From contig JBKPAK010000347.1 in the NCBI GenBank assembly GCA_046726415.1, forward strand, positions 1 to 17,862: a DNA stretch of 17,862 bases, read 5' to 3'. This DNA comes from Candidatus Methylomirabilota bacterium. Lineage in GTDB: Bacteria > Methylomirabilota > Methylomirabilia > Rokubacteriales > CSP1-6. Under the pieces are notes generated by a model. The model did not search any database, had not been told where the DNA came from, and saw only the letters and a program-made list of their open reading frames with translations. Positions 7,939 through 15,889 of the stretch are shown here, one piece after another (within the stretch, counting starts at the first letter, position 1; each line of letters opens with the position of its first letter). The position numbers and the translations under genes are program-made.

Positions 7939-9111
7939 ATGCACGTCGCGTCCCGCATGTCTCGCCTGGGTACGGAGTCCGCGTTCGAGGTCCTCGCGCG
8001 CGCTCGCGCCCTCGAGCGCCAAGGGCATCGCATCATCCACCTGGAAATCGGTGAGCCCGACTTCGACACGCCCGAGCACATTAAGACGGCGGCCAAGCAG
8101 GCCCTGGATGCCGGGGCCACCCACTACGGTCCCTCGGCCGGATTGCCCGAATTGCGCGAGGCTATCGCCAAGCACATCGGCGAGACGCGGGGGGTGCCGG
8201 TGTCTGCCGACGAGGTGGTGGTCACACCCGGAGCCAAGCCCATCATGTTCTTCATTATCATGGCGCTGGTGGGGGAGGGTGACGAGGCGATCTATCCCAA
8301 TCCGGGGTTTCCCATCTACGAGTCGGTGATCCGCTTCGTGGGCGGGGTGCCGGTGCCGATCCCGCTGCGCGAGGAGACCGGCTTCGGTTTCGACATGGCG
8401 GAACTCGAGCGTCGAGTCTCGCCGCGCACGAAGCTCATCATCATCAATTCGCCCGAGAACCCCACCGGCGGTGTGCTGGAACCGGCCCAGATCGAGCGCA
8501 TCGCCGCCATCGCCGCCGCCCGTCGCATTCCCGTGCTCGCCGACGAGATCTACCGCCAGTTCCTCTATGATGGCGAGTTCCAGTCGATCATGACCTTGCC
8601 CGGGATGCGCGAGCACACCATCCTGCTCGACGGGTTCTCCAAGTCGTACGCCATGACCGGCTGGCGGCTCGGCTACGGCGTCATGCCGGCGTCGCTGGCC
8701 GAGCACATCACCAGGCTGATGGTGAATTCCGCCTCGTGCACGGCCTCCTTCGTGCAGCTCGCCGGTGTCGCCGCCTTGCAGGGCGATCAGACACCGGTGG
8801 CTCGCATGGTGGCCGAGTTCAAACGTCGCCGCGACCTTCTCGTGGATGGCCTCAACACGCTGCCGGGGGTGCACTGCGCGCGGCCGCGCGGAGCTTTCTA
8901 CGTCTTTCCCAACATCGCTGGGACAGGCCGATCCTCCGCTGAGGTCGCCGAGCGGCTCCTCAACGAGGCGGGGGTTGCGGCGCTGTCCGGCGCCGCCTTC
9001 GGCGAATACGGCGAGGGCTACCTGCGCTTCTCATATGCGAACTCCGAGCCCAATCTGCGTGAGGCGATCGAGCGCATGCGTCCGACCTTCGCGTCCCTCG
9101 GACACGGGTGA
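7939..9111 (+). CDS. PLP-dependent aminotransferase class I/II (aspartate aminotransferase-like)
   Basis: GGAGGAGG RBS before ATG 7939. Motifs IGEPDFDTP, GLPELREAIA, NSPENPTG, DEIY, GFSKSYAMTGWRLGY (PLP Lys), GAFYVFPN, LRFSYA. Confidence 0.93.
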   Translation: MHVASRMSRLGTESAFEVLARARALERQGHRIIHLEIGEPDFDTPEHIKTAAKQALDAGATHYGPSAGLPELREAIAKHIGETRGVPVSADEVVVTPGAKPIMFFIIMALVGEGDEAIYPNPGFPIYESVIRFVGGVPVPIPLREETGFGFDMAELERRVSPRTKLIIINSPENPTGGVLEPAQIERIAAIAAARRIPVLADEIYRQFLYDGEFQSIMTLPGMREHTILLDGFSKSYAMTGWRLGYGVMPASLAEHITRLMVNSASCTASFVQLAGVAALQGDQTPVARMVAEFKRRRDLLVDGLNTLPGVHCARPRGAFYVFPNIAGTGRSSAEVAERLLNEAGVAALSGAAFGEYGEGYLRFSYANSEPNLREAIERMRPTFASLGHG

Positions 9112-9192
9112 CCGGGCCCGCCTGGCCCGCCGCCGCCGGCGACCGGCCCGCGGACCCCGCAGCGACGCCGCTCGTCACCGGAGACTTGGGCG

Positions 9193-10704
9193 ATGGCTGA
9201 CGGCGCGCCGCTGCGGGTTGCCGATGTCGTCGTCGATGCTCTCGCCCGTGGGGGGGCGGCCACGGTCTTTACCGCGCCAGGCGGCCGGGGAGTGGCCACG
9301 CTGACGGAAGCGGCTGCCCGCCGCGGCCTGCGCATCGTTGAGACGACTCGGGCGGCCGCAGCCTGCACGATGGCCTCGGTGACCGGCTTGCTGACCGACA
9401 CCCCTGGCGCCGCCGCGCTGTCGCTGGAGGGCTGCGGGCCCGAGGTGCAGGCCGCGCTCGATCAAGCGACCCGGGACCGCGCCCCGCTCGTCGTGTTGAC
9501 CGATGGCGCGTTCGCCGGCCCCTTCGTGGGTTCGGTCAAGGCGAGCGTCGGCGTCGAGGTCGGGGCGGCCGCGCACTGGAGCGCCTACGCCATCCAGTGC
9601 GCCCTGACGGAACCGCGAGGTCCCGTGATTCTTCTCGCGAACCCCGAGGAAGCGGTTCAGCCCGCGGTCCCGCTCGCTACGGCAGTTCGCCCGGGCCCAC
9701 CCCCGGTGCCCGACGCCTCTGCCCTCGATGCCGCCGCTGCCTGTCTGATCGACGCCGAGCGTCCCGTGCTCGTCGCCGGCCTCCAGTGCCGCGCGCCCGA
9801 GGTGGGAGCGTGGCTGCGGGCGTTGGCTGAATCGCTGCCGGCCCCGGTGCTGGTGACCGCAGGCGGAAAGGGTGCCCTCCCCGACCCGCATCCGCTCCAC
9901 CTCGGACTTCTCGGACATGGACGCCGGTTCGAGTCCGTCCTCGATCGCGCGGACCTCGTGGTGGCGATCGGCGTGGACGCGCTCGAGGTCTCGCCGAGCG
10001 TGTGGCCCGCGCGTGTGCCCGTGCTCCGCCTGGCGTCATCGCCCTGGACTGGGGCAGAAGAGTGGGCGCCGCGCGAGATCACCGGCGACATCGCGCTGAT
10101 CATCGAGGAGCTTGCGCCGCGACTGCGCGGCCGGCAGCGCGCCGACTGGGACGTCGCCGAGCTCGATCGGATCAAGCGCGTCATCACGGCGTCCCTCGCG
10201 CCATCGGCCCACACGGGGCGTCTGACCGTCTCCACGGTCGTTCGCATCGTTCGCGAGGCCACCCCGCCGGGCACCATTGCCGTCGCCGCCCTGGACGACG
10301 ACACGGACACCGCGACCGCCGCGTGGCTGGCGGTGGCGCCTGGCGAGCTGGTGGCTCCTTCTCCGCCGGGGCGACCAGGCTTTGCCGTGCCGGCGGCGCT
10401 CGCCGCACAGGTGGCGTACCCGCGCACGCGTGTGGTCTGCTTCGCGAGCGCACGGCAGGTCCTCGATGCGGCGGACGAACTGGCCACCATAGCGCGCCTG
10501 GCACTTCCCGTGCTCGTACTGGTGAGCGGAAGCCCAGACGACATGGCCTTGGAGGACGTTGCGCGTTCGGCGGATCGCGCCGCGTGGATGACCACCGCCG
10601 TCTCGGGCGAGCCTGGTCTTCGCATGGCCATCGAGGCTGCGCTGTCGGCGGCGCGGCCGGCTCTCATCGACGCCCGGCAGCGGAGCGTCGGCGCAACGGT
10701 ATAA
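9193..10704 (+). CDS. Thiamine pyrophosphate enzyme (acetolactate synthase-like) homologue with degenerate catalytic and TPP-binding motifs
   Basis: Three-domain AHAS/POX-like layout: VFTAPGG, GLLTDTPG, DRAPLVVLT, PRGPV, AERPVLVAG, GKGALPDPHPLHLG, ADLVVAIG, GFAVPAALAAQVAYP. HE and GDG motifs are not present. Confidence 0.8.
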   Translation: MADGAPLRVADVVVDALARGGAATVFTAPGGRGVATLTEAAARRGLRIVETTRAAAACTMASVTGLLTDTPGAAALSLEGCGPEVQAALDQATRDRAPLVVLTDGAFAGPFVGSVKASVGVEVGAAAHWSAYAIQCALTEPRGPVILLANPEEAVQPAVPLATAVRPGPPPVPDASALDAAAACLIDAERPVLVAGLQCRAPEVGAWLRALAESLPAPVLVTAGGKGALPDPHPLHLGLLGHGRRFESVLDRADLVVAIGVDALEVSPSVWPARVPVLRLASSPWTGAEEWAPREITGDIALIIEELAPRLRGRQRADWDVAELDRIKRVITASLAPSAHTGRLTVSTVVRIVREATPPGTIAVAALDDDTDTATAAWLAVAPGELVAPSPPGRPGFAVPAALAAQVAYPRTRVVCFASARQVLDAADELATIARLALPVLVLVSGSPDDMALEDVARSADRAAWMTTAVSGEPGLRMAIEAALSAARPALIDARQRSVGATV

Positions 10705-10705
10705 T
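10700..10705 (+). promoter_or_regulatory. Candidate -10 box for a leaderless transcript starting at ATG 10712
   Basis: TATAAT lies 6 nt upstream of the ATG, with no Shine-Dalgarno. The hexamer contains the upstream gene's TAA stop. Confidence 0.55.
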
Positions 10706-10711
10706 CACCAC

Positions 10712-11368
10712 ATGGCCTTCCTGAACGATCGCGATCGCGCCGCCGTCCGCAAGGAGTTCGAGAAGCTGACCGAGCCGGTGAGGCTGGTGGTGTTCTCGCA
10801 GGAACTGGTGGCTGGCGATCTCTGTCGCCAGAACGAGCAGCTCATGCGCGAGGTCGCGGAGTTGGCCGACGACAAGGCCACCGTGGAAATCCTCAACCCG
10901 GCCATCGACCGCGAACGCGCGGAGGCCTACGGCGTCGACCAGGTGCCGGCCACCGTGGTGGAAGGAATGCGCGACTATGGGCTTCGCTTCTACGGGATTC
11001 CGTCGGGCTACGAGTTCGGCAATCTCATCGACGCGATGATTGTCGCTTCGACGGGGGAGCCGCAGCTCGCGGAAGCGACCATGACCTCCCTGGCCGCGCT
11101 CGCCAGTGATGTCCGGATCAAGGTCTTCTCGACGCCCACCTGACCCCACTGCCCCCGGGCCGTGCGCCTGGCACAACACATGGCGGTGGCCTCGGAGCGC
11201 GTGACGGCGACGGCCATCGAGGCGACCGAGTTTCCGGAGCTGGCGCGGGCGTACCGCGTCATGGCCGTGCCGAAGATCGTCATGAACGACAGCGTCGAGT
11301 TCGAGGGCGCACTCCCCGAGCCGCAATTCCTCGAGGCCGTGGTGCGAGCGGCCTCGTCGGTCGGGTGA
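10712..11368 (+). CDS. Putative selenoprotein: protein disulfide oxidoreductase (PDO / AhpF N-terminal-domain-like, double thioredoxin fold) with U-P-H-C, Sec at TGA 11141-11143; 218 aa
   Basis: ORFs 10712..11143 and 11162..11368 are in the same frame, joined by KVFSTPT-TGA-PHCPRAVRLAQHMA. This matches the PDO C-terminal motif VF.TPTCP.CP.AV..A. Also RFYGIPSGYEF, YRVMAVPKIV and FEGALPE. Confidence 0.88.
11150..11173 (+). promoter_or_regulatory. Possible SECIS hairpin for TGA 11141-11143
   Basis: CCGGGC (11155-11160) pairs with GCCTGG (11166-11171, one G-U pair) around a CGTGC loop that starts 17 nt after the TGA. TG/CA extend the stem past a bulge. Confidence 0.45.
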
Positions 11369-11487
11369 GATGGCGCGCCGAGAGTGACCCTCCCCAGGCC
11401 TCCAGCGTTTGGCACGTCCTGCTCCCCGGGCGTTCCTCGAGACGTCCTACTGACCCTCGCGCTGGCGAGCGCGTTGCGACGCGTGGA

Positions 11488-11904
11488 ATGACGGTCGAAC
11501 AGCTCTTCGCCTACGGCACCCTCATGCGAGGCTACTCACTCCACGCGGTGCTCAAGCGTGGCGCAGTCTACCTCGGACCGGGCCAGATCGAAGGGACACT
11601 GCTCGATCTCGGGACGTACCCTGGGCTCGTCGAAGGGCTCGGCGCGGTTACTGGCGAAATGTACCGCATCGATGCGGCGGAACTTCTCCCCCTGGTCGAC
11701 CGCCAGGAAGGGTACAATTTCGAGCGCTGCCGACGGACGGTAACCTTGGCGAACGGCGGCCAGACGTGGGCTTGGGTGTATCACTATCGGGGACCGCGCG
11801 AACGCGCCGTCCCGATTGTCCATGGGGACTACCGGCGCGCGCGCCCACCACGAGGATCGACCGCGCTGCCACACGGGCGCCGCCAACTCGAACGTCCGCG
11901 GTAG
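11488..11904 (+). CDS. Gamma-glutamylcyclotransferase (GGCT/AIG2-like) family protein
   Basis: LFAYGTLMRG, LLDLGTYPGL, VTGEMY, VDRQEGY, AWVYHY, I.HGDY. Start placed at ATG 11488, just before the YGTL motif. Confidence 0.88.
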   Translation: MTVEQLFAYGTLMRGYSLHAVLKRGAVYLGPGQIEGTLLDLGTYPGLVEGLGAVTGEMYRIDAAELLPLVDRQEGYNFERCRRTVTLANGGQTWAWVYHYRGPRERAVPIVHGDYRRARPPRGSTALPHGRRQLERPR

Positions 11905-11973
11905 CCCATCGCGGCTGCCGCCGAAACGAGACGGCAGCGCATCGCGGCTGCAGCTCGAACGAGAGCGGTAGGC
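11874..11973 (+). repeat. Degenerate ~33-nt tandem repeat (2 clear copies plus 1 weak), each clear copy able to form a hairpin
   Basis: CATCGCGGCTGC starts at 11907 and 11940, each followed by a GAA(A)CGAGA..CGG(C/T)AG segment. CTCGAACG...GCGGTAG also occurs at 11887-11904. Confidence 0.65.
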
Positions 11974-11994
11974 TCATTCATCGAGGAGGATTCA

Positions 11995-13377
11995 ATGGCG
12001 CTCACGGCTGCCGAGCTGGTGAAGTCGGATCACGAACACCTCATTCATCCGCTGCATCATCCGGTCGACACGGCCGAGCCCATGATCTACGTTCGCGGCC
12101 GTGGCGCCACCCTGACCGACATCGGGGGCAAGGAGTATATCGACGGGTTGGCCGGCCTCTGGAACGTCAACGTCGGCCACGGCCGGGCCGAGCTGGCCGA
12201 GGCGGCGGCGGACCAGATCAAGGAGCTGGCCTACTACTCGGGGTACGCCGGGTTTTCGAGCGTGCCGGCCATCAACCTCGCCAGCAAGCTCGTACAGCTC
12301 GGCTATTCGAATATGCAGGCGGTGTTCCTGACCTGTGGAGGCGCCGAGGCCAACGAGTCGGCCTTCAAGACGGCGCGCTTCTACTGGAAGGCCAAGGGCC
12401 GGCCCACGAAAGTCAAGATCATTGCCCGCCAGAACGCGTATCACGGGGTGACTCTGCAAACCATGAGCGCCACCGGCATGGCCGCCTACTGGAAGATGTT
12501 CGAGCCGCGGGTGCCCGACTTCGTGCACATCCAATCCTGCTACCCCTACCGCTTCCAGGGGGCGCGCCCCGGGGAGACGGTCGGTCAGGCGGCGGCCCGC
12601 GAACTGGAGGAGGCGATCCTCCGCGAGGGTCCTGACACGGTGGCCGCCTTCATCGCCGAGCCGATCCATGGTGGCGGGGGGGTCATCTATCCCACCGACG
12701 ACTACTTCGCCCGGGTGCGAGAAGTCTGCACGAAGCACGAGGTGCTCTTCATCGCCGACGAGGTGATCACCGGCTTCTGCCGCACGGGCAAGTGGTTCGC
12801 GCTGTCGCACTGGAACGTCTTGCCCGACATCATGTCGTTCGCGAAGGGCGTGACCTCCGGCTATCTGCCGCTGGGCGGCATCATGATCACCAAGGCCATC
12901 AAGGATGCCATGGAGGAGGTCGCCCCGGGCGACCGCTGGATGCACGCGTACACCTACTCCGGACATCCGACGTGCTGCGCGGTGGGCCTCAAGAACGTCG
13001 AAATCATGGAGCGGGAGCGCCTGTGGGAGAACGCGGCGGCCATGGGCACGCGCCTGCACGAGGGGCTGATGGCGACCTTCGGCGGTCGCCCGCATGTCGG
13101 CGACGTACGGGGCGGCAAGGGCCTGCTGGCCGCGGTGGAGCTGGTGGAGGATCGCGGCAGCAAAGCCAACTTCGCGGCCGACAAGAAGATCGCCAACCGC
13201 GTGAGTGCGGAGATGATGAAGCGCGGTGTGGTGACCCGGATACGCGCCACCGGCGGACCGCATCCGGCCAACGGTGACACCATCTTCTTTGCGCCGCCGC
13301 TGGTCATTACAGCGGCGGAGGTCGACCGGCTGGTGGAGGTGGCCCGGGATGCCGTGAAGGCCGTCGTCGGCGTGTAG
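11995..13377 (+). CDS. PLP-dependent aminotransferase class III (omega-amino acid/polyamine transaminase-like)
   Basis: GAGGAGGA RBS. Motifs YIDGLAGLWNVNVGHGR, GAEANESAFK, AYHGVT, AFIAEPI, FIADEVITGFCRTG, FAKGVTSGYLPLG, YTYSGHP, APPLVI. Confidence 0.93.
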   Translation: MALTAAELVKSDHEHLIHPLHHPVDTAEPMIYVRGRGATLTDIGGKEYIDGLAGLWNVNVGHGRAELAEAAADQIKELAYYSGYAGFSSVPAINLASKLVQLGYSNMQAVFLTCGGAEANESAFKTARFYWKAKGRPTKVKIIARQNAYHGVTLQTMSATGMAAYWKMFEPRVPDFVHIQSCYPYRFQGARPGETVGQAAARELEEAILREGPDTVAAFIAEPIHGGGGVIYPTDDYFARVREVCTKHEVLFIADEVITGFCRTGKWFALSHWNVLPDIMSFAKGVTSGYLPLGGIMITKAIKDAMEEVAPGDRWMHAYTYSGHPTCCAVGLKNVEIMERERLWENAAAMGTRLHEGLMATFGGRPHVGDVRGGKGLLAAVELVEDRGSKANFAADKKIANRVSAEMMKRGVVTRIRATGGPHPANGDTIFFAPPLVITAAEVDRLVEVARDAVKAVVGV

Positions 13378-13385
13378 CCAGCCCG

Positions 13386-13586
13386 GTGCGGCTGATCACT
13401 GCGCATCGCATCCTGATCGCCGCCGCCATTGCCTTCTTCCTGTTCTATGCGATGGTGCAGCTCAGGCGCTACGCGGGCTCCGGCGACATAGCTACCCTCG
13501 CGCAGACGGTGGGCTCGGTGGCGGTGGCCGGTGTTCTCGTCTGGTACTACCGTGGGCTCGCCAAGCGATGGAACGGGCGGTCCTGA
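13386..13586 (+). CDS. Small hypothetical membrane protein (2 predicted TM segments)
   Basis: The 66-aa ORF fills the gap between genes and has two hydrophobic stretches (ILIAAAIAFFLFYAMV; TVGSVAVAGVLVWYY). Confidence 0.6.
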   Translation: MRLITAHRILIAAAIAFFLFYAMVQLRRYAGSGDIATLAQTVGSVAVAGVLVWYYRGLAKRWNGRS

Positions 13587-13930
13587 TCTATGACGGGGAG
13601 TGCGCCATGTGCCGGGGCAGCGCGCTCTGGCTCATGCGCCGGGCCCGCGTCGGTGATCGCCTGGAGATCCTGCCGTGTCGCTCGGGGCCGCGCCGCGCTC
13701 GCTATCCAGAGATCACTGACGAGATGTGCATGCACGCCATGCAGCTCGTGCTCCCGGATGGCCGCGTCCTCTCGGGAGCCGATGCCGTTCCCGAGCTCCT
13801 CCGGCGCCTGCGCGGCTGGCGCTGGATCGCGTCGATCTTCGGCTTGCCGCCCGTCCTCCCCGTGACCCGTCGCCTCTACGCCTGGGTGGCGCGCCACCGC
13901 ATGAAGCTCTCATGCAGCATCCGACCGTGA
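13568..13930 (+). CDS. DCC1-like thiol-disulfide oxidoreductase family protein (DUF393)
   Basis: N-terminal LIYDGECAMC (DxxCxxC), GRVLSGADA and LYAWVARHR are typical of the family. Confidence 0.88.
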   Translation: MERAVLIYDGECAMCRGSALWLMRRARVGDRLEILPCRSGPRRARYPEITDEMCMHAMQLVLPDGRVLSGADAVPELLRRLRGWRWIASIFGLPPVLPVTRRLYAWVARHRMKLSCSIRP

Positions 13931-13944
13931 TGATCTGAAGTCCC

Positions 13945-13961
13945 CGCCCGGGGAACGGGCG
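13945..13961. terminator. Short GC hairpin between convergent genes
   Basis: CGCCCG-GGGAA-CGGGCG; no U-tract. Confidence 0.3.
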
Positions 13962-14408
13962 TCATCCCTCCGGGCCGTCACGGGACGAGCGGGTGAGCTT
14001 CACCGCGCGGCCGCGGACTCGCCCGCGGCAGTGCGGGCAGAAGTAGCCCACCTCCAGAGGCGTCTCACAGTCGGCGTGCACGAGCGCCGACTGCTGCTCC
14101 AGATGGCGTGAACCCCAGACCGCGAGGGCTCCCACGACGACGCCGAGCTCCTGACCCCGGTGGGTGAGCGCGTACTCCGCCCGCGGCGGGTGCTCCGAGT
14201 AGAAGCGACGCGTGACGATCCCGTACGCCTCCAGGGCCTGGAGCCGTGCGGAGAGCACGTTGGGCGCGATGCCTGACAGCGAGGCGAGCAGATCCTGGAA
14301 GCGCCGCGGCCCGGGAAGGAGGTCCCGGACGATGAGCAAGGTCCAGCGCTCACCCAGCAGCTCCACCGAGCGCGCCACCGGACACGCCTGACCGTACAGC
14401 TTGGGCAT
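13962..14408 (-). CDS. HxlR-family winged-helix transcriptional regulator
   Basis: QACPVARSVELLGERWTLLIVRDL, RRFQDL, IAPNVLSARL, PPRAEYALT. C-terminal HADC...CPHC motif. Confidence 0.92.
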   Translation of the reverse strand: MPKLYGQACPVARSVELLGERWTLLIVRDLLPGPRRFQDLLASLSGIAPNVLSARLQALEAYGIVTRRFYSEHPPRAEYALTHRGQELGVVVGALAVWGSRHLEQQSALVHADCETPLEVGYFCPHCRGRVRGRAVKLTRSSRDGPEG

Positions 14409-14461
14409 GCACTAAGTATAGGGATTGACGGAATCTGAAGTCACTAGTATTTTACTATTCA
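14409..14461. promoter_or_regulatory. AT-rich divergent promoter/operator region between the HxlR-family gene and MATE
   Basis: + strand: TTGACG (14425-14430), 17 nt, TATTTT (14448-14453). - strand: GTGACT, 18 nt, TATACT (14420-14415), 6 nt before the regulator ATG. Inverted repeats TGAC-N10-GTCA (14426-14443) and TAGTA-N3-TACTA (14445-14457). Confidence 0.65.
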
Positions 14462-15886
14462 GTGCGAGCCATTCCTACCCCGCCGACGGACGTCTCCGCA
14501 GCTCGGACTGGCCCCGCGGGGGCGGCCGACGGCGCGCGGGTGAGGTCGGCTCCTCTCACCAGGCGGTTGCTGGAGGCGCCGATCGCGCCCACGCTGCTCC
14601 GCTTGGCCGCCCCCAACGTGGTGGTGCTCGCCATGCAGACGACGATCAACGTCCTGGAGGCGTACTTCGTCGGGTGGCTCGGCACCGACGCCCTCGCCGG
14701 AGTCTCCCTCGTCTTGCCGTTGATCATGCTGATGCAAACGATGTCCGCGGGGGGCATGGGCGGCGGCGTGGCCTCGGCCATTGCCCGTGCCCTCGGCGCC
14801 GGCCGTCGCGATGATGCCAATGCCCTCGTCGTCCACGCCCTCTTCATCGCGACGGGCATGGCCGCGCTCTTCACGATCGGGATGCTTCTGGGCGGACCGG
14901 CGCTGTACCGCGTCATGGGCGGGCGCGACGGCGCCCTGACGGCGGCGGTGTCGTACTCGACGGTGATCTTCGGCGGGGCCATCGCGTTCTGGATGTTCAA
15001 CACCCTCGGCAGCATCGTGCGCGGGACAGGCAACATGGTGCTGCCCGCCGCGGTGGTGGTCGGCAGCGGTCTGCTGGTCGTCCCCATCTCCATGGCCCTC
15101 ATCTTCGGCGCGGGGCCGATGCCCGCGCTCGGCGTGATGGGCGCCGGCTTCGCGATGTTGACGTTCTACGGTCTGGGCAGCGCCGTCCTCGCCGCCTATC
15201 TCGTCTCGGGACACGGCCTCGTGCGGCTCGGCGGGCGCTGGCCTGGCCTCCGGTGGGCGCTGTTCTGGGAGATCCTGCGCGTGGGTGCGCCCGGCGCCTT
15301 CAACACGGTGCAGACGAATCTCACGCAGATCGTGCTCACGGCCACGGTGGGAACGTTCGGGACGGCAGCCCTGGCAGGCTACGGGATGGGAGCCCGGCTG
15401 GAGTATCTGCAGATCCCTTTGGTCTTCGGCATGGGCTCGGCGCTGGTGACCATGGTGGCGACCAACGTCGGGGCCGGACATCGCGCAAGGGCACAGCGGG
15501 TGGCGTGGATCGGCGCCGGCATTGCCGCCGGTGTCACGGGAGGCATCGGCCTCGTTGGTGCCCTTGCCCCCCAGCTCTGGCTCGGCCTCTTCAGCGGGGA
15601 GCCCGACGTGCTCGCCGCGGGCGCGACATACCTTCGCATCGTGGGGCCGACCTATGCGTTCTTCGGGGTTGGCCTCGCGCTCTACTTCGCCTCGCAGGGG
15701 GCGGGGCGCTTGCTGTGGCCCGTGCTCGGCGGCTCGGTGCGCCTGACTGTGGCGATCCTCGGAGGCTGGCTCGTCGTTCACGTGATGGGCGGGACCCTGA
15801 CCGCCCTGTGCGGAATGATGGCCCTGGCGTTCGTGCTCTTCGGCTCGACGATCGCGCTCGCCGTTCGGGCGGGCGCGTGGAGGTAA
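14462..15886 (+). CDS. MATE family efflux transporter
   Basis: PTLLRLAAPN, YFVGWLGTDALAGVSLV, MGGGVASAIARALGAG, RGTGNM, FGTAALAGYG.GARLEYL, TNVGAG. About 12 hydrophobic segments. Exact start uncertain. Confidence 0.92.
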   Translation: MRAIPTPPTDVSAARTGPAGAADGARVRSAPLTRRLLEAPIAPTLLRLAAPNVVVLAMQTTINVLEAYFVGWLGTDALAGVSLVLPLIMLMQTMSAGGMGGGVASAIARALGAGRRDDANALVVHALFIATGMAALFTIGMLLGGPALYRVMGGRDGALTAAVSYSTVIFGGAIAFWMFNTLGSIVRGTGNMVLPAAVVVGSGLLVVPISMALIFGAGPMPALGVMGAGFAMLTFYGLGSAVLAAYLVSGHGLVRLGGRWPGLRWALFWEILRVGAPGAFNTVQTNLTQIVLTATVGTFGTAALAGYGMGARLEYLQIPLVFGMGSALVTMVATNVGAGHRARAQRVAWIGAGIAAGVTGGIGLVGALAPQLWLGLFSGEPDVLAAGATYLRIVGPTYAFFGVGLALYFASQGAGRLLWPVLGGSVRLTVAILGGWLVVHVMGGTLTALCGMMALAFVLFGSTIALAVRAGAWR

Positions 15887-15889
15887 CCC

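Noticed and set aside
9108..9200. 30-codon ORF starting at a GTGA overlap between the aminotransferase and the TPP-like gene
   Set aside because: Low-complexity Ala/Pro sequence in a different frame from the TPP-like gene, with no motif and no evidence of frameshift or Sec context.
5385..11368. Genome-wide TGA reassignment (Trp or Gly code) as the explanation for the in-frame TGAs
   Set aside because: TGA ends many genes at their expected C-termini (268, 5387, 9111, 11368, 16327), TGG is used for Trp, and both internal TGAs fall specifically at redox Cys positions.
11365..11487. Extended N-terminus of the GGCT ORF (start 11365)
   Set aside because: GGCT-family proteins begin just before the YGTL motif, and the extension has no recognisable features. 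ATG 11488 is preferred.
11907..11973. Guanidine-II (mini-ykkC) riboswitch or CRISPR array
   Set aside because: ACGA occurs in both copies but not as a tetraloop closed by a stem. There are only 2-3 degenerate adjacent copies, with no unique spacers and no cas genes.
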